Below, one piece after another: positions 21,427 to 30,804 of a DNA stretch of 64,000 nt (position 1 is the first letter of the stretch; every line of letters begins with the position of its first letter). Below the pieces are notes generated by a model. It did no database searches, had not been told where the DNA came from, and saw nothing but the letters and a program-made list of their open reading frames with translations. The DNA is from Candidatus Altimarinota bacterium. Its GTDB lineage: Bacteria; Patescibacteriota; Gracilibacteria; 1-14-2-50-48-13. The translations under genes were made by a program, and so were the position numbers. The stretch is from NCBI GenBank assembly GCA_046314355.1, contig JBKBWQ010000001.1, positions 288,001 through 352,000 on the forward strand, given 5' to 3'.

Positions 21427-22968
21427 ATGAAATACGCACTCCTTCTCACAAGTTTCTTCCTAGCTTTTTCTCTTCAGGCAAGCCCCATATTGGCTCAAGA
21501 TATCGCTCCTACAGTATCTACCATTGATCTGCAAAACAGCATATCGCCAATTATTACCGGGAAGTCAGAAATCGAGATTGGTAAGCGTCTCTATCTGGAT
21601 GCTGGAAGCTCCTCAGTACCACAGAATACACCACTACAGTATATATGGACGATTAATGATCAAAGTACACAGGAAGGTAAAGAGACCTTTTATACTTTTG
21701 ATACGCCAGGAGAATATACAATAAGTCTGACAATCAAGAGTGATACGGCATCGAAGACAGTTATGCGAAAAATATTTGTCTATAGAGAGATGGTCTCATT
21801 TCTATACAATGGTCCTCTTGCATCTTTTACGAGCAACATACAATCTGCTCAAGAACTAGCAAAAAATAATGGTATTTTTCTAAATCTCATTCAAGGAGAT
21901 GATGGTAGTCCTATCTTAACAGAAGATGCAGTCTACAGAGCACTTTCAGGAAAGCTTGATTCTGTTAAGAACTCACAAACGCTTATTGCAGGACCGTATC
22001 CTACAGATGTATTGCCAGCACTGAATAAGCTTGGATATGATCAGGATAGTGAAGGCACTCATGTGATAATACTTACAACAAATGAACCAATTTGGTTATT
22101 TAATAATGTTATTGCAAGGTTATCGCGTCTAGTAGATGCAAAAGAATTGATCCTTATTCAGCAGGACCCGTTTGCTGTACTGAACTTCTTTTTACAGAGT
22201 ACTGACATAGAGCATTTTAAACAAAAGTTGCCAGAAAAAGATTATGCAATTATCTCAAAAAATACTTCACCGGGAATGAGATGGGCCTTATTATCTCAGG
22301 GACTGAATAAGGCTATTGAAAATGGGATACCAGCATCAGTACTTTCATTTTTACTGATAGTTCCATTAATTCTTACATGGATTGCTTTTTTCAAACAGGT
22401 AATCGGTATTGAAACATTCGGTCTATTAAAAACACTTATCCTTGTACTTTCCTTCTATATTCTAGGAATTAAGTATGGGAGTTTCATACTACTCTACGTC
22501 ATTCTTATGGGAGTACTTATACGAATAGTACTTTCAAAATTCACGCTTTTTTATATACCAAAAGTAACACTAACACTTTCTTTTGCTACACTAGCCGTAC
22601 TTGGATTAATTATTATCGGCTCATACTTCAATCTTACATTCGGTATAGATACATCTAGCGGACAAAGAGCACTGCTCTCATTAGTACCTATGCTTTTGAT
22701 TGCTTTTCAGGCAGATACACTTTCGTATCATATCTTTACAAAGAATTCCAATTACAAAGAACTGCTGATTCTACTTGCTACATACTTTGAGGTGGTTATT
22801 GCCTTTGGAATAGCCAGGATAGATTATCTTAGATATATACTTTTTGCATTACCTGAACTTATTATTATCGTATTTATACTACAATTCCTTATCTCTCGCT
22901 ACACTGGATTAAGAGCGATAGAAGTATTCCGTTTCAGAGAACTTCTTTTACAAGATCTTGAAGAATAA
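21427..22968 (+). CDS. PKD domain + 7TM (7TM_transglut-type) membrane protein
   Basis: Signal peptide; PKD-like YIWTI..YTFDTPGEYTISLTI; C-terminal KQVIGIETFG...RYTGLRAIEVFRFRELL, typical of the 7TM domain paired with ATP-grasp ligases. Confidence 0.8.
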   Translation: MKYALLLTSFFLAFSLQASPILAQDIAPTVSTIDLQNSISPIITGKSEIEIGKRLYLDAGSSSVPQNTPLQYIWTINDQSTQEGKETFYTFDTPGEYTISLTIKSDTASKTVMRKIFVYREMVSFLYNGPLASFTSNIQSAQELAKNNGIFLNLIQGDDGSPILTEDAVYRALSGKLDSVKNSQTLIAGPYPTDVLPALNKLGYDQDSEGTHVIILTTNEPIWLFNNVIARLSRLVDAKELILIQQDPFAVLNFFLQSTDIEHFKQKLPEKDYAIISKNTSPGMRWALLSQGLNKAIENGIPASVLSFLLIVPLILTWIAFFKQVIGIETFGLLKTLILVLSFYILGIKYGSFILLYVILMGVLIRIVLSKFTLFYIPKVTLTLSFATLAVLGLIIIGSYFNLTFGIDTSSGQRALLSLVPMLLIAFQADTLSYHIFTKNSNYKELLILLATYFEVVIAFGIARIDYLRYILFALPELIIIVFILQFLISRYTGLRAIEVFRFRELLLQDLEE

Positions 22969-22971
22969 TCT

Positions 22972-25410
22972 ATGGCAAATTTTTCTGACATATTGGGTAT
23001 TAACGCTAGACATCTTCTTTTTATAAAAAAATATAATCCGGATGATGCTATTATATTTGCCGATAATAAACTTAAGACAAAGAGGTTTCTTGAAGCAAGA
23101 GGTGTCCCGGTACCAAAACTTGCAGGCACAATAAGGAATTTTACTGAGCTTGATAATTTTCCATTACCAACATTACCAGGACAAATAGTAATCAAGCCTA
23201 ATGCAAGTTCAGGAGGTCAGGGGATTATTGTACTTGGCGAAAAAAATTCTACAGGCTGGAAAAAAAGTAGCGGTGAAGATATTTCGCTGCAGGAGGTAAG
23301 AAGACATATTCATGATATCCTTTCTGGTGCGTATTCAAAAAATGGACAGAGCGATATCTGTCTTATTGAAAAGAGAATCATCAGTCATGAAAAGTTAGCG
23401 GCTATTTCCTATAAGGGACTTCCTGATATACGAATCATCGTATTCAATATGGTTCCTGTAATGGCTATGCTCCGTCTCCCTACAATTCTTTCCGACGGAA
23501 AGGCAAACATGCATCAGGGAGGTATTGGAGCAGGGATAGATATTGCGAAAGGAGAAATTACATACCTTTCACAATTTAATAAAATCATCGATGACATCCC
23601 AGGAATTGGTGATGTACGCGGATATAAGATTCCTTATTGGGATAAAATTCTCCAGATGGCGGTAAAAAGCCAGATGATTACCGGAGTGGGATACTTGGGT
23701 GTGGATATCGCACTTGATAGAAATGGACCTATGGTTCTTGAAATGAATGCGCGGGCAGGTCTAGGCATCCAGTTAGCTAATATGGCACCGCTTCGGAAAA
23801 GATTAAATATGGTTGAGAAACTTAAAGTAAAATCCATAGAAAAGGGAATCAGAATTGCAAAAGATCTTTTCGGAAGACAAATAGATCGTGATATTGAGCA
23901 GGTTTCAGGAAAAACAGTTATCGGAACGAGAGAAATAGTTACTCTTTATTTTAAGGAAGGACCAAAAGAAATACTTGGTAAAATTAACCCCTCAATCCAG
24001 GAAAATTATATTGATCGCCAGCTTTTTGAAGAGCTTATTGCAAAAAAACCCTATCTACAACAAGGTGATGACTCAATTCGGCTAAAATATAAACTCACTG
24101 ATGAGAAAACGAAAAGTATTTTTAAACCTTTAGATTTAGGAGATAAAAAGTATCAATTAATTTTGGGAAGAAAAGAACTTAAGAGCCTTTTGATAGACCC
24201 GTATAAATATAAGTTCAATGAGATTCCATATAAACCCGCATTAAATTTATTATTACCTGAAAAAACAGAGGAAGCTGAGCGTAACGCACTTATCAAAAAA
24301 TGGTTTGAAGTAGATCAGTCGCTTGCACGTATTGAAAGAAATTTACAGGTAAAATTTTCTCTTTTTCCACTCAATTATCAAACTGAGATGGAAAAATTCA
24401 TCGAATGTGAGGGACAATATAATCCATTTTTCATCTATAAAAATGACCCCGAAAGCTACGAACATATAAAAAATGATCTTGATGCAGTACATATTAATAC
24501 TCAGGAGTTTCAGGGACATATCTTTGCAGCAAAGAAGAACGAACTATTTACAAAACTTGAAATGTTTCACTGTATGGCAAAGGATGCTCATGAATTTACC
24601 AGATTATCTGAGGAACTCTATATCACATGTGATCCTGTTCTTTTTGAAGCGGCAGAAGCAGAAATTGTACGGAAAAAAGAAACTTTAGGATTTTTGATCC
24701 CGAAAGAGGAAACTTATGGATTAGAAGAAATTAAAAATGAGATTACTGCACTTTTTAAAAAATATAAACTTACTAAATGGAATATAAAAGTTCGTAATCA
24801 CGCTAGTTCACGTATAAGCGTAAGCAAATCAAAAAAACGCATTCTCTATCTAGCATCTGATATAGAAATAGAAAAACACCTCCTCCCACAAGTACTTGCA
24901 CATGAAGTAGAAACGCATGTACTACGTCTGGAAAATGCTCTTCAACAGCCATATGAGATATTTAGAACAGGTTTTGCAAACTATCTTGAAACAGAAGAAG
25001 GACTTGCTATCTATAACCAAGCATGCAAAAGCGACGTGGTATCACTAAAGGATTTCACGGCAGCAATCAATTATGTAAAAACATATAATATTCTGAATAA
25101 AAGTTTTGAAGAAGCTGCACATGGATATCTGCAGTCAAGAAATAAGGCGGAACTACTCAATTATGAAATGTATCAGAGTATATTTAAAAGTATTTTAAGA
25201 GTGAAGAGAGGACTTGGAGATACATCGCATCATGGTGGATATGCAAAAGATCTTGTATACTTTGCTGGATATAGAAAAATTGTGGACTTCGTTGAGTCAG
25301 GAGGAAATATAAAAAATTTGTATTTTGGAAAAATATCTCTACAATCTCTAGATGATGTTACCTTCATGCAGGAGCTCAAAGAACCGAAAATATTACCTGA
25401 TTTCTATTAA
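22972..25410 (+). CDS. Fusion: ATPgrasp_ST (alpha-L-glutamate ligase-like) + inactive RimK-associated aspartyl protease + DUF1704 metallopeptidase
   Basis: LGINAR, DNKLKTK, IKPNASSGGQGI, GLPDIRII, GKANMHQGG, LEMNARAGLGIQLAN; VIGTREIV..GKINPS..ILGRKEL..IDP; HEVETH..TEEGLA..RVKRG..KDLVYFAG. Confidence 0.85.
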   Translation: MANFSDILGINARHLLFIKKYNPDDAIIFADNKLKTKRFLEARGVPVPKLAGTIRNFTELDNFPLPTLPGQIVIKPNASSGGQGIIVLGEKNSTGWKKSSGEDISLQEVRRHIHDILSGAYSKNGQSDICLIEKRIISHEKLAAISYKGLPDIRIIVFNMVPVMAMLRLPTILSDGKANMHQGGIGAGIDIAKGEITYLSQFNKIIDDIPGIGDVRGYKIPYWDKILQMAVKSQMITGVGYLGVDIALDRNGPMVLEMNARAGLGIQLANMAPLRKRLNMVEKLKVKSIEKGIRIAKDLFGRQIDRDIEQVSGKTVIGTREIVTLYFKEGPKEILGKINPSIQENYIDRQLFEELIAKKPYLQQGDDSIRLKYKLTDEKTKSIFKPLDLGDKKYQLILGRKELKSLLIDPYKYKFNEIPYKPALNLLLPEKTEEAERNALIKKWFEVDQSLARIERNLQVKFSLFPLNYQTEMEKFIECEGQYNPFFIYKNDPESYEHIKNDLDAVHINTQEFQGHIFAAKKNELFTKLEMFHCMAKDAHEFTRLSEELYITCDPVLFEAAEAEIVRKKETLGFLIPKEETYGLEEIKNEITALFKKYKLTKWNIKVRNHASSRISVSKSKKRILYLASDIEIEKHLLPQVLAHEVETHVLRLENALQQPYEIFRTGFANYLETEEGLAIYNQACKSDVVSLKDFTAAINYVKTYNILNKSFEEAAHGYLQSRNKAELLNYEMYQSIFKSILRVKRGLGDTSHHGGYAKDLVYFAGYRKIVDFVESGGNIKNLYFGKISLQSLDDVTFMQELKEPKILPDFY

Positions 25411-25418
25411 CTATTCCT

Positions 25419-26081
25419 ATGATCATTTTCGATAATGTTACAAAAAAATTTGGGAGTAGAGCAATACTAGATTCTTTCAGTCTTCAGATCCAGGCCGCAG
25501 AGTTTGTTGCTATAATGGGACACTCTGGAGCAGGTAAATCTACAATGATCAATCTGCTGATAGGTCATCAGCGTCCCACAAGTGGTCAAATAATGATTGA
25601 CGGGGTACATATTGAAAACATGGATTTTAATATGCGACAGCTTTACCGCCGAAAGATTGGTATTGTCTTTCAGGATTATAAACTCTTACCAAAAAAGACA
25701 GTGTATGAGAATGTATCCTTTGCTATGGAAGTATGCGGAAATACTGATGAGGAAATACAAAAGAGAGTACCTGAAATACTCCACCAGGTTGGTCTTCTAG
25801 CAAGACAAGAACAGTATCCTGATGAACTCTCAGGTGGTGAACAGCAAAGATGTGCTATAGCTCGTGCATTAGTACATAATCCAAATCTTTTAATTGCAGA
25901 TGAGCCGACAGGAAATCTTGATCAGGAAACAGCAAAAGATATTATTAAGCTTTTGAGTGATATTAACAAAAACGGCACAACTATCATTATGACTACACAT
26001 AATCCAAAGCTTCTAGAGAACCTTACGTATAGACTTGTAGAACTGCATGAGGGGAAGCTGAAAGAATCAACGCATCATTAA
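25419..26081 (+). CDS. ftsE: Cell-division ABC ATPase
   Basis: GHSGAGKST, RRKIGIVFQDYKLLP, LSGGEQQR, ADEPTGNLD. Confidence 0.88.
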   Translation: MIIFDNVTKKFGSRAILDSFSLQIQAAEFVAIMGHSGAGKSTMINLLIGHQRPTSGQIMIDGVHIENMDFNMRQLYRRKIGIVFQDYKLLPKKTVYENVSFAMEVCGNTDEEIQKRVPEILHQVGLLARQEQYPDELSGGEQQRCAIARALVHNPNLLIADEPTGNLDQETAKDIIKLLSDINKNGTTIIMTTHNPKLLENLTYRLVELHEGKLKESTHH

Positions 26082-27412
26082 TACTCCGAAATACTATTTA
26101 TAAACTGTAGTACTTTCGTGTGATTTGGATTAGTATAATCGTATTTCCCAATAGTTAAGTCAGGGAAGGGAAAATGGTTATGATAGTATTCTTCGTAATA
26201 ACTCCATGTAGAGATATTGCCCAGAGTATAAATCATATCTTTAGTAAAACAAAACCCTTCGGAAAGCCCTGAAGTACCTCTAAAGGTTCTTGTGGTTCTT
26301 GTCCAGGCAAGATCTACTGCTGTTTGCTTTGCAGTTTCAAGAGCAACACCATGAAGTAGTTCAAAATAGAAATAGAAATCATAGGAAAAATTAAAAATCT
26401 CTCGAAAATTTCTTTTTTTTCCAACCATTCCTTTTGTAAAAGCGATTGAAAGGTATCTATCAATTCCAAATAATAGAGCACAGTCTTCATTAAAAACCTG
26501 TTCCCATACTGTAGTAGGTCCTTCAGATACTTTTTCAAAATTGGCGAATCCTTTACCTAAAAGCATTATTCTCGAATTCAGTCCTTTAATTGCCTGCTGA
26601 ACATGGTATCCAAGTTCATGAATAAGCAATTCCGAAAGCCGGTGAAAATCTACAGTTTTCGTAGTAGGAATCACTACCTCTTTAAGGTTATGGTCTACTG
26701 CAATACTATCAAGACTTTTCTCACGCAGTACGATTGAGTAGAGATTTTTTGTATCTATAAGAGATCTATACTCTTCAAATACGGCAGCAATCTCTTCTGC
26801 AGTGAATATATCTTTCTCCTTATATTTTTGAAGAATATTTAATGCATCCTGAAATTGTGTGTAACAATTATTTTTTGTCCAAAGCATACACTCTTGGGAC
26901 GGAAGGAAAGGATTTTGTTCTTTTCCGCTTTTTTCTAAATATTGTAATAATTTTTCAGAACCATGATTTGCCTCTTTCTTAGATATGAATTCATTTAAAT
27001 TGTCCATCAGGTGCATGGTAGTTTCTCTTTCAGGAGCTCCATAGAGCTTTTCCGACAAGATCTGTACTTTTTCTTCATTGCCTTCGGAGACGGCATTTAA
27101 AAAACTTATTATGATCTGTTGTTCTTCTATTTTATTACAATATATTTCTTTTATTATTGAATGATATGACGATTCTTCAATGGATTTGCTAAAATCTGTA
27201 AGTTTTAATGCTGTTTTTGATAAATGCTCTTTATCAATAAATGGGTAAAGAAAAGTAGGATTTTCAATCTTTCCAGCCAGAAACAGTTGTTTCTGATTTT
27301 TCCAGTAGTCTGCATCACTTTCTAAAAGTGACAGAATACGAATATCTGCAACTTCTTTTTGAAATCGCAGAAATAGTTCATGATCAAGAGCAGTGACATT
27401 TTTACTAGGCAT
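26078..27412 (-). CDS. DUF1704 (MATCAP-like) metallopeptidase, paralog B
   Basis: HELGYH, SEG, RTFRGT, FTKDMIY, GKYD. Confidence 0.8.
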   Translation of the reverse strand: MPSKNVTALDHELFLRFQKEVADIRILSLLESDADYWKNQKQLFLAGKIENPTFLYPFIDKEHLSKTALKLTDFSKSIEESSYHSIIKEIYCNKIEEQQIIISFLNAVSEGNEEKVQILSEKLYGAPERETTMHLMDNLNEFISKKEANHGSEKLLQYLEKSGKEQNPFLPSQECMLWTKNNCYTQFQDALNILQKYKEKDIFTAEEIAAVFEEYRSLIDTKNLYSIVLREKSLDSIAVDHNLKEVVIPTTKTVDFHRLSELLIHELGYHVQQAIKGLNSRIMLLGKGFANFEKVSEGPTTVWEQVFNEDCALLFGIDRYLSIAFTKGMVGKKRNFREIFNFSYDFYFYFELLHGVALETAKQTAVDLAWTRTTRTFRGTSGLSEGFCFTKDMIYTLGNISTWSYYEEYYHNHFPFPDLTIGKYDYTNPNHTKVLQFINSISEY

Positions 27413-27480
27413 TCATCTATGGTTATACTTACTATGATTTAAGATAGCCTGATATGTGTAACAGTCAAGAATACGAAAAA

Positions 27481-27507
27481 AAAGGAGATATTTGAAATAT
27501 CTCCTTT
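27481..27507 (-). terminator. Intrinsic terminator
   Basis: AAAGGAGATATT-TGA-AATATCTCCTTT with a flanking A-run. Confidence 0.75.
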
Positions 27508-27521
27508 AATACTTTTTTTAT

Positions 27522-28895
27522 TTATTCTTCTTCTTCACCGTCACAGTCTGCAAAAAAATCATATTTTGCTTTTGGTACAATATTTGTAATCTCATTTATT
27601 ACTTTCATATGATCCATGTTTGTTGGGTCATATTTACCTATAAATAGATTAGGTAAATCCTGACCTAATTCATACATTTTGGTCATATATTGCCATATAC
27701 GGATGTTTCCATCCCTATAGCAAATATCCTTTGTAAATGCATTACCTGCGGAACAGTCAGTTCCACGAAACGTACGTATACATCTGTTCCACGCATCATT
27801 ATTAGCTTTCTCTTCTGATTCAGAAAGTGATTTACCTTTCTTAGTTGCTTCATACTGATATAAAGTTTTCAGAATGTTAAACACCTGTCTAAAATCTCTT
27901 TCAACGCCATCTAATCCTAAAGCAGCGCCGATGGAAAGATAAGCTTCGGGACGACCGAAGTCTTTCACTTTTCCATCATAACTCTGTTCCCAGACAGTGG
28001 TGAGGCCTTCTTCACCTTGAAGATAACCACTTAATCCTAAACCAAGTAATTTAAGGTTAGAACCTTCACCATTTTCACGACGTTGGACATGAGTACCAAT
28101 CTCATGACCAATGAGTTTTTCTAATTTTTCCCCAGTTACCTCACGGCTAGCAGGAATATTAACTGTCTTTTTTTCCTGTGATACTGATATTGCAGTTTTA
28201 CTGCTTTCAGTAATCTCAATTTTAAACTCACCGCTAGCACCAACATTGTTAAGAGCTTTTTCAAAAAATTCCTTTATCTCAGGAGCGTTATACTTAGATT
28301 TAGAATCAATTATAATGCCATGAAACAAACTTTTAAACTGTTTCATGAATTGCTCTTTCGTCCAAGCCACAACTTCTTTAGATGGAAGGGAAATATTAAA
28401 TGCATGATTCCCTGCCTGTGGTAAAATCTCAAGCAGTTTTTTAGCTGCAATTCCGATATCTCCATCTACGGAGATATTTGCTTCTGCATCCTTTCTTATT
28501 TCAGATAAAGTGTAGAAGTAAATATCAGTATCCGGTATACCGTTTACATCTGCATTAAATGCTTCAAATAAATTCATATCTCCATCTAGTACGGCATCCA
28601 GCAAAGAAAGTTCATTGAGTTTTTCGATAATCTTTACTGTGTAAGCTTCTCTGTATACTTCAGGTAAATCTGAAGTATCAATTGCTTTCAGTGCATTAGC
28701 TTTAGATTCAATATTCTCTCGTGTAATTAATGGATAATCCAATCTAGGATTTTCAATTTTATAAGAGAGAAATAAAGCTTTCTGTTCATCTCTATAGGCC
28801 TTATCACCATCTAAAGATTCGTAAGCTTCAAATGAACCTGCCGAAGCAAAACTTGCATAAATAGCTAAATCAACAGCTGAATTATTTTGTACCAT
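27522..28895 (-). CDS. DUF1704 (MATCAP-like) metallopeptidase, paralog A
   Basis: HEIGTH, GEEGL, RTFRGT, FTKDICY, GKYDP; strong AGGAGGT SD. Confidence 0.85.
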   Translation of the reverse strand: MVQNNSAVDLAIYASFASAGSFEAYESLDGDKAYRDEQKALFLSYKIENPRLDYPLITRENIESKANALKAIDTSDLPEVYREAYTVKIIEKLNELSLLDAVLDGDMNLFEAFNADVNGIPDTDIYFYTLSEIRKDAEANISVDGDIGIAAKKLLEILPQAGNHAFNISLPSKEVVAWTKEQFMKQFKSLFHGIIIDSKSKYNAPEIKEFFEKALNNVGASGEFKIEITESSKTAISVSQEKKTVNIPASREVTGEKLEKLIGHEIGTHVQRRENGEGSNLKLLGLGLSGYLQGEEGLTTVWEQSYDGKVKDFGRPEAYLSIGAALGLDGVERDFRQVFNILKTLYQYEATKKGKSLSESEEKANNDAWNRCIRTFRGTDCSAGNAFTKDICYRDGNIRIWQYMTKMYELGQDLPNLFIGKYDPTNMDHMKVINEITNIVPKAKYDFFADCDGEEEE

Positions 28896-28980
28896 TGTGG
28901 TACCTCCTAGTTTTTAAATATCAATAACAACAAGCAATTTATACAATATATTTTAATAAAGTCAATATTACTATTACAAT

Positions 28981-29014
28981 AAAAAAGAGTACCTCCTAAG
29001 AAGTACTCTTTTTT
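28981..29014. terminator. Bidirectional terminator
   Basis: AAAAAAGAGTAC...GTACTCTTTTTT. Confidence 0.75.
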
Positions 29015-29021
29015 ATATCTA

Positions 29022-29288
29022 TTATTCAGCTTTTGCCTTAGTAGCTTTCTCAGCCTTTACTTCTTTAGTAATCTTAAACTCTTCCTTCATTTTTGCAGTA
29101 TTGAAACCATACTTCTGCATTCGAAGCTCAATCTTTGCTACTGCATTGCTAAGCCATTTAGTATGACCTTCTTTCTGGATTCTTTCTCCAAGTTTCTTAA
29201 GAATTTTTACACTAGCATCCATTTTAGAAGTATTGCTAGGACCTTTCTTATTTACCTTATAAATTTGGCGGGCTTTACCTGATTGCAC
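29022..29288 (-). CDS. Small basic protein with a K/E/A-rich tail (88 aa)
   Basis: Promoter TTGCGC-17bp-TATAGT (29366-29338) overlaps the tracked start, which favours GTG at 29288; terminator follows the stop. Confidence 0.65.
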   Translation of the reverse strand: MQSGKARQIYKVNKKGPSNTSKMDASVKILKKLGERIQKEGHTKWLSNAVAKIELRMQKYGFNTAKMKEEFKITKEVKAEKATKAKAE

Positions 29289-29426
29289 GGTGTCGTTCAG
29301 TGAAAATATAAAAATTCGTCGGAACAAATGTGAGGAAACTATACTAAAAGAAACAGCTAAGCGCAAGAGAATTTGAGTAGAATACTTATAATTATCTAAA
29401 GAAATGATAAGTATTAGTAAGGGAAT

Positions 29427-30455
29427 CTAGAAGTTGAATTTATTTTTAAGAATTACGTCAACGGTACTATCGTTTACGCTTTCAATAGGAGTCTGGATCC
29501 CTGGAGTGGCGTTTAATTCAATAATCTTAATTTCATTTATAGATTTACAGTTCTTTAAATCAGCATGAAGTACATCAATTCCGACAATCTCCAATCCCAT
29601 ACGTATTGCCAGATCTTCAAATACTTTAGCGATCTTAGGATCAATTTTATCTGTAATTATTTTTTCCGTTCCGCCTACAGAATTATTACATTTATAAGAA
29701 AGAAATATTTTTTTTCCTTTAGGCAAAATACTCTCGCGAGTAACTCCTTGCTCTGAGAGAAGAATATCTAACTCTTCGGTCAGAAGAACTTTATTATAAA
29801 ATTCAGTATACAAAACAGCCCCTCTATTTGGGTCATCATTGAGCGTTTCTATTAATTCATTGATGGTTTTCTTCCCATCACCTATAACATAAGGCTTAAT
29901 TCTATGGGTGACCCAGTGACATTTCCCAAACAGAATAAAGAATCTGTAGTCTTCTCCTTCAATAAATTCCTGAATAAGAAAATTTTTTTTATTTCTTGTA
30001 AAACTCACGGCATCTGCGATAAATAATCTTAATACCTCTAAGGTCTGTGTATTATTCCATACATGGACTCCGTTCCCGTGGGCACTATCTACGGGTTTGA
30101 TAACTATCGTCGTTGGTGATGCTGCAATAATCTGTTCGACTTCATCGAGTGAATCGATACTATAGATATTACTCTGAATTGTAGGGTATTTCCAATGATT
30201 AAGTACCTGATAGGTAAGTAACTTATCATTGCATATTTTACTCATTGAGGACGAATTATCCAAACTACATCCTTTAAATATAACTTCTTTTCCATCCTTA
30301 GAGAGAATATAAGTACTTTTTTTCTCGTCAATCATCTGAAGAGTATATCCTGTCGCCTGCGCTCTTTTAATAATAGTGGCTGGGCTGATCGTCAAATAGT
30401 TCATATTCATCTTGTATTCAAAATAATTAATTGAGTGAATCAAATCAAGATTCAT
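29427..30455 (-). CDS. Stand-alone ATP-grasp ligase, cyanophycin synthetase/GshAB-like
   Basis: CNDKLLT, VIKPVDSAHGNGV, QEFIEGEDYR, YVIGDGKKTINELI, NNSVGG, GIDVL, IIELNATPG; true start may be MNMNYL. Confidence 0.85.
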   Translation of the reverse strand: MNLDLIHSINYFEYKMNMNYLTISPATIIKRAQATGYTLQMIDEKKSTYILSKDGKEVIFKGCSLDNSSSMSKICNDKLLTYQVLNHWKYPTIQSNIYSIDSLDEVEQIIAASPTTIVIKPVDSAHGNGVHVWNNTQTLEVLRLFIADAVSFTRNKKNFLIQEFIEGEDYRFFILFGKCHWVTHRIKPYVIGDGKKTINELIETLNDDPNRGAVLYTEFYNKVLLTEELDILLSEQGVTRESILPKGKKIFLSYKCNNSVGGTEKIITDKIDPKIAKVFEDLAIRMGLEIVGIDVLHADLKNCKSINEIKIIELNATPGIQTPIESVNDSTVDVILKNKFNF

Positions 30456-30634
30456 ATTCTCAAATATAAATTTAGCGTTAGCTACTACCTGATTTCAAAT
30501 CAGAGGCAATACTATATAATAAAGCTCGCGATTAAATTTTTTATGCAGCGTTGTATCAAGAATAATTCCACAAATTATTATCACAATAATACATTATCAT
30601 CCTAGATATCGTATACAAATAATCTTGAAATTGA

Positions 30635-30711
30635 TGGTACCCACGACAGGATTCGAACCTGTGACCTTTGCCTTAGAAGGGCACTGCTCTATCCAGCTGA
30701 GCTACGTGGGC
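30635..30711 (-). tRNA. tRNA-Arg(UCU)
   Basis: GCCCACGTAGCTCAGCTGGATAGAGCA...CTTCTAA loop...GGTTCGAATCC...ACCA; 77 nt with encoded CCA. Confidence 0.96.
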
Positions 30712-30731
30712 AGGTCTTACACACGTGCTCC

Positions 30732-30759
30732 ATTCTACCAAACATTTCGGAGTTCGCAA
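30732..30759 (-). promoter_or_regulatory. tRNA promoter
   Basis: TTGCGA-16bp-TAGAAT. Confidence 0.6.
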
Positions 30760-30804
30760 GCAAAACTCATAGATTATGCACAAGTCTTTGAAAGTACCGC
30801 CTTT

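Noticed and set aside
28897-28998. TGGTACC match to the tRNA 3' end and a repeated GTACCTCCTA 10-mer as att sites
   Set aside because: Too short to be significant; explained by an SD sequence and a terminator.
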